In this document: positions 36,701 through 45,111 of the stretch, piece by piece
How the letters are laid out: each line of letters begins with the position of its first letter
Position numbering within the stretch: position 1 is the first letter of the stretch
Source of the DNA: Aeromicrobium sp.
GTDB taxonomy: Bacteria > Actinomycetota > Actinomycetes > Propionibacteriales > Nocardioidaceae
Length of the DNA stretch: 45,111 nt
Direction: 5' to 3'
Assembly (NCBI GenBank): GCA_040514145.1
Contig: JBEVDF010000037.1
Coordinates: 1 to 45,111, forward strand
Translations under genes and position numbers: made by a program
Notes under the pieces: model-generated
What the model was told of the DNA's origin: nothing
The model's input: only the letters and a program-made list of their open reading frames with translations
Databases searched by the model: none

Positions 36701-37044
36701 GAGCGCCCGCCAGCCGCGAGGAGGCCCTCGGGCTGCTCGCCGACCTCGTCGACCTGCGCGACGACGGCCTGCAGCGCCCCCTGCCGCTGCCGGTCGAGCT
36801 CGCCCGCATGTTCGCGTTCCAGCAGCGGGCGCGCGGACCCCAGGCCGCCGCCCGCCTCGCCGCCCGCGAGTGGCAGCGCGAGGCGAAGGCCTACGGACCT
36901 CCCGCCGACCGCGACGCCGAGGAGATCGTGCGCGTCTGGGGACCCAAGGTCCCGTTCGAGACGCTCGTCGCCGGCGGGTTCACCACGCTGGCCGCCCGCC
37001 TGTGGGACGGCGCGCTCGACCACCAGCAGGAGGCGCAGCTGTGA
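33754..37044 (+). CDS. recC: Exodeoxyribonuclease V gamma subunit
   Basis: 'DPFATELVVV...ERWLSQRL', 'SIQVHACHG..RQVDVLRD', 'PRDILVMVPDI', 'CTMVPMRSVP', 'HPLQPF'. Confidence 0.93.
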   Translation: MTFHLHRAERTDVLADGLATLLAEPTDDPFATELVVVAALGTERWLSQRLSHRLGASAGGGDGVTAGIRFARPHSIVAELLGEDDQDPWRPDAIVWRVLEVIESGIDEPWLAAVARHLGQGHSGLERELRRDRRLGVARALAARLHAYARQRPAMTAAWSAGRDEDGTGELLPSDVRWQAEVWRRVRARVVAPSPDERIAAAIAMLGGSAGAVDLPARVNLFGHNRLPLGELQVLAALAEHRDVHLWLPHPSPAAWDRLADASDVVAREGDGTAELLHNPLLAALGRDVRELQRSLAAVAPRATVHPSLPVERPDTLLGRLQADVAADRPGSAGPTPAPGDHSIQVHACHGRARQVDVLRDVIVGLLQDDPTLEPRDILVMVPDIESYAPLFHAAFGQAEILGDTPHHPGHRLRVMLADRAASRTNPLLGLTVAVLELSRRGRATNAEVLDLLGSEPVRQRFDLDDDAIERIAGWVESSGVRWGFDGPHRQRFGLRVEHNTWRTGLDRLVAGVAATEDPARLVAEVLPLDDVPSGDVDLAGRLVTFVDGLERAVDAFAEGATMAQWAERIDAMLTDLADVPLRDAWQRQQVDRELERLDDDTTVLRPGEVLTMVRERWAGRPSRANFRTGSLTVCTMVPMRSVPHRVVALVGLDDGTFPRATHVDGDDALARRPLTGERDARAEDRQLLLDAVMSATETLVVTYTGADEHRGQARPPAVPLGELLDQVRRTAGEVDVVTHHPLQPFDPRNLRAGAVTDDPRPFSFDPAALAGARASLRPRTEPPPFLPSPLPPAPRDDLALADLIAFVQNPVRGFWRQRLDVLLRGEEQLLDEDLPITLDGLERWRIGQRLLDDAVRGVAPADAWSAVWRAGMMPPGRLGEAVGNDVGTRVATLVGGTTALRAGDAESVDIDLALPDGRRLTGTVEGVHEDRLVTVSYSTVHGRHRLRDWVRLLALSLQRPEVAWVAHLAGKVGRGTAQVVTRAPASREEALGLLADLVDLRDDGLQRPLPLPVELARMFAFQQRARGPQAAARLAAREWQREAKAYGPPADRDAEEIVRVWGPKVPFETLVAGGFTTLAARLWDGALDHQQEAQL

Positions 37045-40000
37045 GCGACCTGCCCCTGACCGCGCCCGACCTGCGCGCCTTCGACATCGCCGACCCGCTT
37101 CCGCAGGGCACCACCCTGCTCGAGGCCAGCGCCGGCACCGGCAAGACCTGGACCATCGGCGCGCTCGTCGCGCGGTACGTCGCCGAGGGCGTCGTCACGC
37201 TGCCCGAGTTGCTCGTGATCACGTTCGGCCGGGCCGCCAGCCGCGAGATGCGCGAGCGGGTGCGCGACCAGCTCGTCGCGGCCGAGGCCGCGCTCACCGA
37301 CCCGGCCGCCCACCGCGAGGGCGACGATCCGCTCCTGCGCCTGCTCGTCGACGTCCCCGCGCCCGAGCTCGCCGCCCGGCGTGCCCGGCTGCGCTCGGCG
37401 CTGGCCGACTTCGACGGCGCCACGATCGCCACCACCCACCAGTTCTGTCAGACCGTGCTGCGCAGCCTCGGCACCGCCGGCGACTCCGACGGCTCGGCCG
37501 AGCTCACCGACGACCTCACCGAGCTGGTCGACCAGATCGTCGACGACCTCTACGTGGCGAAGTACGCGAACGAGGACGGCCCCGCCCTCTCCCACGGCCA
37601 GGCCCGCACGCTGGCCCATGCCGTGGTCGCCGATCCGCACGCCGCGCTCGTGCCCGCCGACGTCGAGCCCGAATCTCCGCACGGCGTGCGCGTGCGCTTC
37701 GCCCACGCCGTGCGACGCCGCCTCGACCAGCGCAAGCGCGAGTTGGGCCTGCTGGACTACGACGACCTGCTCCGGCGGCTCGAGAGCGTGCTCGAGGACC
37801 CCGACTCCCCCGCGCGCACGCTCATGCGGAACCGCTGGCGCGTGGTCCTGGTCGACGAGTTCCAGGACACCGACCCGGTCCAGTGGAACGTGCTCGACCG
37901 GGCCTTCAACGGCGTGGCCACCCTCGTGCTCATCGGCGACCCGAAGCAGGCCATCTACGCGTTCCGCGGCGGCGACGTCCAGACCTACCTGCGCGCGGCC
38001 GCCACCGCCACCGAGCGCCGCACGCTGCCGGTCAACTGGCGCAGCGACGCCGACCTGGTCGATGCGCTCGGGGCCACCTTCGCCGGCGCGCAGCTGGGTC
38101 ACCCCGACATCGCCGTCCGCCCCGTGCGGGCCCGGCACGAGGGCAGTCGCCTGTCGGGCCTGCCGCACCCTGAGGCCTTCCGCCTGCGCGTCCTCGACCG
38201 TGAGGACTTCGAGGACTCCCAGGACCTGCCGGTCGCCGTCGCACGCCAGAAGATCGTCGAGGACCTCGCGGTCGACGTCGCCGAGGTGCTGGCCTCCGGC
38301 GCCTCCTACGACTCGGGTACCGAGGTCAGGCCGGTCGCCGCGGGCGACATCGCCGTCCTGGTCGCCACCGGGGTCGAGGCCGACCTCGTCCGGCGCACGT
38401 TCGCCCGGCACGGCATCCCGGCCGTCCTCGGCGGCGGCAGCAACGTCCTCGTCAGCCAGGCCGCCGACGACTGGCTCACCCTGTTGGAGGCGATGGAGTC
38501 CCCGCAGCGCTCGGGCCTGGTCCGCGCCGCCGCCCTGACCGACCTGCTCGGCCACGACGCCTCCAGTCTGGTGGCCGGCGGCGACCGGCTCACCGACGCG
38601 ATCGCCACCCGCGTGCGCGACCTGGCCGATCTCCTGGGCACCCGCGGGGTGGCCGCGGTGGTGGAGTCACTCACCGACGAGGTCTTCGCCGCGCGCATCC
38701 TCGCGCGCCCCGACGGCTACCGCCGGATGACCGACCTGCGCCATGTGGCCCACCTGCTCCACGAGGTGGCGCTGCGCGAGCGCCTCGGGCTGTCGGGCCT
38801 GGTCCAGTGGCTGCGACGCCGGCGCACCGAGGGCGGGGACTCCGCCGAGCTCACCCGGCGCCTCGACAGCGACGCGAAGGCCGTCCAGGTGCTCACGATC
38901 CACGCCAGCAAGGGCCTGGAGTTCCCGATCGTCCACCTGCCCTTCCTGTTCAACCGGTGGCGGCCCGACCGCGACGAGCGCCCCCGCTTCCACGACGGCT
39001 CCGGCGAGCGCTTCCTCGACGTCGGCGGACCGGGCCATCCGGACTTCGCGGCCCACTCCCGCGCGGCCCAGGCCGAGGACGCGGGCGAGGTGCTGCGGTT
39101 GGCCTACGTGGCGATGACCCGCGCGAAGTCCCAGCTCGTCGCGTGGTGGGCGCCCACGCGCGACGCCCGCAACTCCGGCCTGCACCGTCTGCTCTTTAGG
39201 CCCGACCCGTCCCGGCCCGAGGTCCCCGACGAGGTCGCGACCCCCGATGACCCCACGGCCTGGTCGGTGCTGCGCGGTTGGAGCGAGCGCGGCGGCCCGG
39301 CGCTCGAGCGCGTCACCGACCGTGTGAGCCCCGTGCCACCGCCGCCGGGCGAGACCGCCGACCTCGGCGTGCGCACCTTCGACCGCACCCTCGACACGGC
39401 CTGGCGGCGCACGTCCTACTCCGGCCTGATCCGGGCCGAGCAGGAGTCCGCTCCCCATGTGGGCAGCGAGCCCGAGGCCGAGGGCACGACCGACGAGTCC
39501 GAGACCCTCCTCGTGGCCGATCCCGGGCACGACGAGCGTCTCTCGCCGATGGCCGACCTGCCCAAGGGCGCCACGTTCGGCAGCCTCGTGCACGCCGTCC
39601 TGGAGGAGGTCGACGTGACGGCCCCCGACCTGCGTGCCGAGCTGGAGCAGCGCGTCCGCGAGCAGCTCGCGCTGTGGCCGGTCGAGCTCGACATCGACGC
39701 CGCGGTGGCCGCGTTCGAGGCCATCCTCACCACGCCACTGGGCCCCTTGGCCGACGACCTCGACCTGGCCACCGTGCTGGCCGAGCGGCAGTTCAAGGAG
39801 CTCGACTTCGAGATCCCTATGGGCGGTGGAGACCGCCCCGCGGCCACGATGGGCCGGCTCGCCGACCTGGCCGACCTGCTCGAGGAGCACCTGCCTCCCG
39901 GCGATCCGGTGCGCCCGTTCGCCGACCGTCTGCGCTCGCCGGCCTTGGCGGAGCAGTCGCTGCGCGGCTACCTGACCGGCTCCATCGATCTGGCGCTGCG

Positions 40001-40370
40001 ACTGCCGTCGGGCCGCTTCCTCGTGGTGGACCACAAGACCAACTGGCTCGGCGCGCCCGATGCGCCGCTCACGATCGGCGGCTACCGGCCCGATGCCCTG
40101 GCCGCCGCGATGAACTCGGGCACCTACCCGCTGCAGGCGCTGCTGTACGCCGTCGTGATGCACCGGTTCCTGCGCTGGCGGGTCCGCGGCTACACGCCCG
40201 AGGAGCACCTCGGCGGGGTCCTCTACCTGTACGTGCGCGGCATGGCCGGGCCCGACACCCCGCGCCACGACGGTGTGCCCTACGGCGTGTTCTCGTGGCA
40301 GCCGCCGGCCACGCTCGTGGTCGCCCTGTCCGACCTGCTCGACGGCACGGTCCCGGAGGTGGCGCGATGA
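37041..40370 (+). CDS. recB: Exodeoxyribonuclease V beta subunit (SF1 helicase plus nuclease)
   Basis: 'EASAGTGKT', 'VDEFQDTD', 'IGDPKQAIYAFRGG', 'TIHASKGLE', 'YVAMTRA'; nuclease 'GSIDL...DHKTN...YPLQALLY'. Confidence 0.95.
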   Translation: MSDLPLTAPDLRAFDIADPLPQGTTLLEASAGTGKTWTIGALVARYVAEGVVTLPELLVITFGRAASREMRERVRDQLVAAEAALTDPAAHREGDDPLLRLLVDVPAPELAARRARLRSALADFDGATIATTHQFCQTVLRSLGTAGDSDGSAELTDDLTELVDQIVDDLYVAKYANEDGPALSHGQARTLAHAVVADPHAALVPADVEPESPHGVRVRFAHAVRRRLDQRKRELGLLDYDDLLRRLESVLEDPDSPARTLMRNRWRVVLVDEFQDTDPVQWNVLDRAFNGVATLVLIGDPKQAIYAFRGGDVQTYLRAAATATERRTLPVNWRSDADLVDALGATFAGAQLGHPDIAVRPVRARHEGSRLSGLPHPEAFRLRVLDREDFEDSQDLPVAVARQKIVEDLAVDVAEVLASGASYDSGTEVRPVAAGDIAVLVATGVEADLVRRTFARHGIPAVLGGGSNVLVSQAADDWLTLLEAMESPQRSGLVRAAALTDLLGHDASSLVAGGDRLTDAIATRVRDLADLLGTRGVAAVVESLTDEVFAARILARPDGYRRMTDLRHVAHLLHEVALRERLGLSGLVQWLRRRRTEGGDSAELTRRLDSDAKAVQVLTIHASKGLEFPIVHLPFLFNRWRPDRDERPRFHDGSGERFLDVGGPGHPDFAAHSRAAQAEDAGEVLRLAYVAMTRAKSQLVAWWAPTRDARNSGLHRLLFRPDPSRPEVPDEVATPDDPTAWSVLRGWSERGGPALERVTDRVSPVPPPPGETADLGVRTFDRTLDTAWRRTSYSGLIRAEQESAPHVGSEPEAEGTTDESETLLVADPGHDERLSPMADLPKGATFGSLVHAVLEEVDVTAPDLRAELEQRVREQLALWPVELDIDAAVAAFEAILTTPLGPLADDLDLATVLAERQFKELDFEIPMGGGDRPAATMGRLADLADLLEEHLPPGDPVRPFADRLRSPALAEQSLRGYLTGSIDLALRLPSGRFLVVDHKTNWLGAPDAPLTIGGYRPDALAAAMNSGTYPLQALLYAVVMHRFLRWRVRGYTPEEHLGGVLYLYVRGMAGPDTPRHDGVPYGVFSWQPPATLVVALSDLLDGTVPEVAR

Positions 40371-42058
40371 CCCCGCACGCCACGATCGAGGACTTCGTCG
40401 CCGCCGAGGTGCTCACCACCGGCGACGCGCTGATGACCGCCCGCCTCGGGCGGATCACCGGCGAGGCCGCTCCCCTGCCCCTGCTGGCGCTCGCGTTCGC
40501 GGTGCGGGCGGTCCGCCACGGCTCCACGTGCTTCGACCCGCGCCAGGATCCCGAGGTCCCCGGTCTCGCCTGGCCCGATCCCGACACGTGGCTCGAGGCC
40601 GTCCGCGCGAGCCGCCTCGGTCGCGTGCTCGTCGCCGAGCACGACCTGCTCTACCTCGACCGCTACCGCGAGCTCGAGGTCGCGCTGTGTGACGACCTCG
40701 CGGCGCGGGCGGCCACGTCGCCCCCGGCACTCGACGAGGAGCGCCTGACCGCCGACCTCGACCGGCTCTTCCCCGGGGCCGAGCACTCCGACCAGCGCGC
40801 GGCCGCCGAGCGCGCGGCCCGCGTGGGCACGATCGTGCTCACCGGCGGCCCGGGCACCGGCAAGACCACCACGGTCGCCGGCGTGCTGGCGATCCTGCAG
40901 GCCCAGTCGCTGGCCACCCTCGGGCGGCCCCTGCGCGTCGCACTCACGGCGCCCACCGGAAAGGCGGCCGCACGGATGCGCGAGGCCGTGGTCTCCACCG
41001 CCACACGCCTGGCCCTCACCGAGGACGAGCGCACCTGGCTCACCGCGTTGCCGTCGTCGACGATGCACCGCCTGCTCGGGTGGCGCCACGACAACCACAC
41101 GCGCTTCCGGCACGACCGCACCCGGCGGCTGCCCCACGACGTGGTCGTCGTCGACGAGACCTCGATGGCGTCGTTGGAGCACGTGGCCCGGCTGCTGGAG
41201 GCCCTGCGCCCCGACACCCGGTTGATCCTGGTCGGCGACGCCGACCAACTGGCCTCGGTCGAGGCCGGCGCGGTGCTGCACGACGTGGTGGCCGGCTGGT
41301 CGTCCGAGCACGTCGTCCGGCTCAGCCACAGCCACCGCTTCGGTGCGGGCATCGGGCGACTGGCCGCCGCGGTCCGCGACGGCGACGCCGACACCGCCGT
41401 CAGTCTGCTCACCGCCGGCGAGCCGGGCATCCGCCTCGTCGACCCGGCGCGGGCCCACGCCGAGCTCGAGTCCACCCTGCTGCCCCTGGCCCGCGACCTC
41501 GTCGCCGCGGGACGCGCGGGCGACGAGACCACGGCGCTCGCCCGCCTGTCGCGCCACCGGCTGCTGTGCGCCCATCGCGACGGCCCGTACGGCGCCACCA
41601 CCTGGAACGACCACGTCACCGCGCGGCTGCGGCCCGACGTCGGCTACGACGAGTGGTACCCCGGCCGGCCGGTGCTGGTCACCCGCAACGACGCCCCGCT
41701 CGCGGTGTTCAACGGCGACGCCGGCGTCGTCGTCACGCGGGACGACCACGTGCAGGTGGCGCTCGACGGCGACCCCACGCGGGAGCTCGCCACCTCGCGC
41801 CTGCCCGATGTGCAGACGGGCTACGCCATGACCATCCACCGCAGCCAGGGCAGCGAGTTCGACCACGTCACCGTGCTGCTGCCGGGAGCCGAGTCGCGCG
41901 CCATGACCCGCGAGCTGCTCTACACCGCGATCACGCGCGCCGTCACCGGCGTGACCGTGATCGGCACCCCGGAGGACATCCGAACGGCGATCGGGCGACG
42001 AGTCGCCCGATCCAGTGGGATCGCGGAACGACTCGCCGCCCGGTCGGCGGTGCGCTGA
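40367..42058 (+). CDS. recD: Exodeoxyribonuclease V alpha subunit
   Basis: 'LYLDRY', 'TGGPGTGKTT', 'APTGKAA', 'VDETSM', 'GDADQLASV', 'AMTIHRSQGSE', 'LLYTAITRA'; ATGA overlap with recB. Confidence 0.94.
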   Translation: MTPHATIEDFVAAEVLTTGDALMTARLGRITGEAAPLPLLALAFAVRAVRHGSTCFDPRQDPEVPGLAWPDPDTWLEAVRASRLGRVLVAEHDLLYLDRYRELEVALCDDLAARAATSPPALDEERLTADLDRLFPGAEHSDQRAAAERAARVGTIVLTGGPGTGKTTTVAGVLAILQAQSLATLGRPLRVALTAPTGKAAARMREAVVSTATRLALTEDERTWLTALPSSTMHRLLGWRHDNHTRFRHDRTRRLPHDVVVVDETSMASLEHVARLLEALRPDTRLILVGDADQLASVEAGAVLHDVVAGWSSEHVVRLSHSHRFGAGIGRLAAAVRDGDADTAVSLLTAGEPGIRLVDPARAHAELESTLLPLARDLVAAGRAGDETTALARLSRHRLLCAHRDGPYGATTWNDHVTARLRPDVGYDEWYPGRPVLVTRNDAPLAVFNGDAGVVVTRDDHVQVALDGDPTRELATSRLPDVQTGYAMTIHRSQGSEFDHVTVLLPGAESRAMTRELLYTAITRAVTGVTVIGTPEDIRTAIGRRVARSSGIAERLAARSAVR

Positions 42059-42059
42059 G

Positions 42060-43631
42060 TCAGCGCTCGGCGCCGGTCATCGCGTCGGCGGCCTCCAGGG
42101 TCTGCTCGCCGAGCGACCCGTCCTTCTTGGCCGACTCGATCGTGTGCCGCAGCGGCTTCTCGTGCACGAACCACAGCACCACGGCCGACACGAGGGTGAG
42201 CGGCGCCAGCCACAGGAAGATCGGCATCAGGGCCTCGTTGTAGGCGCCCACCACGATGTCGTGGATCTCCTGCGGCAGCTGGGCGACCGAATCGGGCGTC
42301 AGCGAGGACGACCCGCCACCGGAGGACGACAGCTGCGTGCTGAGCGAGTCCGTCAGACGCGACGTGAAGACCGAGCCCACCGCCGCCGCGCCCAGGGTGC
42401 CGCCGACCTGGCGGAAGAAGTTGCTCGCCGCGGTCGCCGTGCCGACGATGCGGTGCGAGAACGAGTTCTGCACGATCAGCGTCAGCACCTGCATGCCCAG
42501 GCCGATGCCGATGCCCAGCACGAGCAGCGAGCCCTCGATCTGCCAGCGCGAGTCGCCGATCTCGATCGTCGAGAGCAGGAACAGGCCCAGGCCCGTGATG
42601 ACGGCGCCCGCGATCGGGTACCAGCGGTAGCGGCCCGTGCGGCTCACGGCCTGCCCGACCGCGATCGAGGTGACGAGCATGCCGCCCATCATCGGGATCA
42701 TCATGAGGCCGGCGTGCGTGGCGTCGACGCCGACCGACATCTGCAGGTAGGTCGGCAGGTAGGACAGCGAGCCGAACATCGAGACGCCGAGGATGATGAC
42801 GCCGACGGTCGTGAGGTTGAAGTTGCGATCGCGGAAGAGCGCCAGCGGCATGACCGGCTCCTGCGCCCGGCGCTCCACGGCGACGAAGGCGATGGCGGCC
42901 ACGACGGTGGTCACGGCCAGGGCGATGATCTGCGGGCTGTCCCAGTCGTACTGGTGGCCGCCCCAGGTGGCACCGAGGATCAGGGCGCTGGTGGCGACGG
43001 CCAGCAACGCCATGCCGAGGTAGTCGACGCGGGTCCGGGCGCGCTCGACGACGGGCTTCTGCAGCAGCGCCATGACGGCGACGAACGCCAGCACGCCGAG
43101 GGGCACGTTGATCCAGAACGTCCAGCGCCAGCCGGGACCCTCGGTGAACCAGCCGCCGAGCAGCGGGCCCGCGACCGAGGAGAGGCCGAACACGGCGCCC
43201 AGGATGCCCATGTACTTGCCACGGTCACGCGCGGGGACGACGTCGGCGATCGCGGCCTGCGACAGCACCATGAGGCCGCCACCACCCAGTCCCTGCACCG
43301 CGCGCCCGGCGATGAGGACGTTCATGTCCTGGGCCAGCGCGCCGACGAGGGAGCCGATCGTGAACAGCGTGATCGCGGTCATCAGCAGCGGCTTGCGGCC
43401 GAGCCGGTCGCCGAGACGGCCGTAGATCGGCATCGTGACGGTCATGCCCAGCAGGTAGGCCGTCATGACCCACGCGATGTGGTCGGCCCCGTCGAGCGAG
43501 CCGACGATCGTCGGCAGCGCGGTCGAGAGCACGGTCTGGCTGAGCGACGCCAGCAGCATGACGAGCATGAGCGCGGCGAAGACGAGGCGGACGGTCCGCT
43601 TCTGGTGGGGATCGGTGATGGTGGTGCTCAT
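42060..43631 (-). CDS. MFS transporter, DHA2 (EmrB/QacA-like) drug efflux
   Basis: 'GRLGDRLGRK', 'GRAVQGLGGG', 'GPLLGGW', 'WRWTFWINVPLG'; about 14 hydrophobic segments. Confidence 0.92.
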   Translation of the reverse strand: MSTTITDPHQKRTVRLVFAALMLVMLLASLSQTVLSTALPTIVGSLDGADHIAWVMTAYLLGMTVTMPIYGRLGDRLGRKPLLMTAITLFTIGSLVGALAQDMNVLIAGRAVQGLGGGGLMVLSQAAIADVVPARDRGKYMGILGAVFGLSSVAGPLLGGWFTEGPGWRWTFWINVPLGVLAFVAVMALLQKPVVERARTRVDYLGMALLAVATSALILGATWGGHQYDWDSPQIIALAVTTVVAAIAFVAVERRAQEPVMPLALFRDRNFNLTTVGVIILGVSMFGSLSYLPTYLQMSVGVDATHAGLMMIPMMGGMLVTSIAVGQAVSRTGRYRWYPIAGAVITGLGLFLLSTIEIGDSRWQIEGSLLVLGIGIGLGMQVLTLIVQNSFSHRIVGTATAASNFFRQVGGTLGAAAVGSVFTSRLTDSLSTQLSSSGGGSSSLTPDSVAQLPQEIHDIVVGAYNEALMPIFLWLAPLTLVSAVVLWFVHEKPLRHTIESAKKDGSLGEQTLEAADAMTGAER

Positions 43632-44257
43632 AGCGCGGTGGAGGTGACCTTTCGGAAGGTGTCGATGGCCGCCTCGAGGGCGGCGTCACGGTGAGCGTTG
43701 AAGTGGTCGGGATCGTTCGTCCACGCGAGCGTGACGACGGCTCCGGCGAGCAGGATCAGGGCGCGGGCCTCGTGCGGCTCGGTCGGGAGGCCCTCGATGC
43801 CGAGCCACGGCGTCTCGACGTCGTCGACGAAGCGCGAGGCGACGTGCTTGCGGCTGTCGGTGAAGACCTGCGTGAGCCGGGTGCGCAGCCGCGGGTACGC
43901 CGCCGACAGCCGGCGACGCTGCACGAGGTCGACGCCGGGGCCGATCGTGCTGGAGGCCACGTCGGCCACGAGGTGGCTGACGCGCCGGGCCGGCGTCATG
44001 TCCGCCGCGTCGCGGAACGACTGCAGCGTCTCCTCGCTGACCGACGGCGGGCGGACGCCGATGATCGCGTCCTCCTTGGAGTCGAAGTAGTTGAAGAAGG
44101 TCCGCGGCGAGATCCCCGCCACGGCGGCGATCTGGGCGACGGTGACCGCGTCAGGGCCCTGTTCGAGGGCGGCCGACGCGGCAGCATGGTGGATCGCGGT
44201 CCAGGTATGGCGCTGGCGTTCGGCCACGAGCGGGCTCACGACTACTGATTGCACCAC
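43628..44257 (-). CDS. TetR/AcrR family regulator
   Basis: HTH 'TVAQIAAVAGISPRTFFNYFDSKED'; overlaps the MFS start; exact start uncertain. Confidence 0.9.
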   Translation of the reverse strand: MVQSVVVSPLVAERQRHTWTAIHHAAASAALEQGPDAVTVAQIAAVAGISPRTFFNYFDSKEDAIIGVRPPSVSEETLQSFRDAADMTPARRVSHLVADVASSTIGPGVDLVQRRRLSAAYPRLRTRLTQVFTDSRKHVASRFVDDVETPWLGIEGLPTEPHEARALILLAGAVVTLAWTNDPDHFNAHRDAALEAAIDTFRKVTSTAL

Positions 44258-44295
44258 TGCATCTTATGCAGTTGTGCATCGCTTGCACCACTGCA
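44250..44295. promoter_or_regulatory. Three TGCA-N4-TGCA boxes, putative TetR operator array
   Basis: TGCACCACTGCA (44250), TGCAGTTGTGCA (44267), TGCACCACTGCA (44284) at a 17-bp period; minus-strand TAAGAT at 44266-44261. Confidence 0.75.
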
Positions 44296-44378
44296 ATTGG
44301 CTGTAACTCGGGGTTGCGTCCTGTGCTTTCGGTCACCTACGGTCGAGGAGTCTCGCGCCCGCCCCCGCCGCACGAGAC

Positions 44379-44413
44379 GGGGCCCCGGTCGGTGTGGTGC
44401 AGCCCGGGGCCCC
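44379..44413 (-). terminator. Hairpin after the oxidoreductase gene
   Basis: GGGGCCCCGG / CCGGGGCCCC 10-bp stem. Confidence 0.45.
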
Positions 44414-44421
44414 ACCGCGGC

Positions 44422-45111
44422 TCAGCGCAGGTCGCCGAGCTCGCCCCGGTCGACCGTCGTCCCCACCATCTCGCGCAACGTGTCGTTGACGTCCCAGATC
44501 CCCACGTTCATGCCGGCCGTCACGCGCGACGCGTCGTCGAGCCAGTAGGCGATGAACTCGTTGGCGGCCTGGTCTCCGCGGATCTCGACGGTGTCCTGCG
44601 GGCCCGGACGTCCCACGTACTCCATCGAGAACTCGAACTGGTCGGTGTAGAAGTACGGGAGCCAGTCGTGGACCGTGTCGCGTCCCAACAGCACGTCGGC
44701 CACGGCCCTCCCCTGCCGGATCGCGTTGTCCCAGTGCTCGACCCGCAGCCGGTCCTGCAGCGTCACGTTCCACGCGTTGGCGGCGTCGCCGATGGCCAGC
44801 ACGTGCTCGTCCTGGGTCTGGAACCACTCGTCCACCACGATGCCGTCGTCCACCTCGAGCCCGGCGTCCTCGGCCAGTGAGACCGAGGGCACCGCGCCGA
44901 TCGCCACGAGGACGTGGTCGGCGTCGAAGGTCTCGCCGGAGGCGCGCACGCCGACCGGGCCGTCGGGGCCGATGAGCACCTCCTCGACGGTGACGCCGGT
45001 CCGCAGGTCGACCCCGTGCGAGCGGTGCAGCTCGCCGATGTGCCGGCCGAGCTCGGCGCCGAGCACGCGCTCCAGCGGGAGGTCGTCGCGTTCCAGCACC
45101 GTGACCTCGAC
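44422..45111 (-). CDS. FAD/NAD(P)-dependent ferredoxin reductase-like oxidoreductase, 5'-truncated by the window edge
   Basis: 'GIVVD..QT.D..VLAIGDAA', 'RVEHWDNA..QG', 'LPYFYTDQF'. Confidence 0.88.
   Translation of the reverse strand, partial: VEVTVLERDDLPLERVLGAELGRHIGELHRSHGVDLRTGVTVEEVLIGPDGPVGVRASGETFDADHVLVAIGAVPSVSLAEDAGLEVDDGIVVDEWFQTQDEHVLAIGDAANAWNVTLQDRLRVEHWDNAIRQGRAVADVLLGRDTVHDWLPYFYTDQFEFSMEYVGRPGPQDTVEIRGDQAANEFIAYWLDDASRVTAGMNVGIWDVNDTLREMVGTTVDRGELGDLR

Overview
This is a high-GC actinobacterial chromosome segment; the gene content looks Nocardioidaceae/Aeromicrobium-like, which is inferred rather than shown. Housekeeping genes include hemE-hemG(cgoX)-hemQ, DUF3000-rnd, a fused secDF, cbs-metB, tgt with a YhhQ transporter, a menJ-like reductase, xthA, cspA, trxA, a CoA-transferase, DUF485-actP, recC-recB-recD and a TetR-MFS pair. 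I saw no tRNA, rRNA, CRISPR array, transposase or integrase. The strongest candidates for follow-up are four. (1) An ~85-nt multi-stem RNA-like element at 6402-6484 with its own putative -10 box, directly downstream of an uncharacterised conserved gene and rnd. (2) A coupled McrB/McrC-like pair at 27163-30116 with intact GTPase motifs, an McrC that appears to lack its PD-(D/E)xK catalytic residues, no methyltransferase, and a convergent SNF2 helicase. (3) A NERD-like protein with apparently degenerate catalytic residues, divergent from recBCD. (4) An ApdA-like RAPP ribosome-arrest leader upstream of secDF. Two further sRNA candidates flank cspA, and several operator or promoter motifs are readable (PafBC-type, CRP-type, MarR-type, TetR). 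All calls come from reading motifs by eye; no searches were run.
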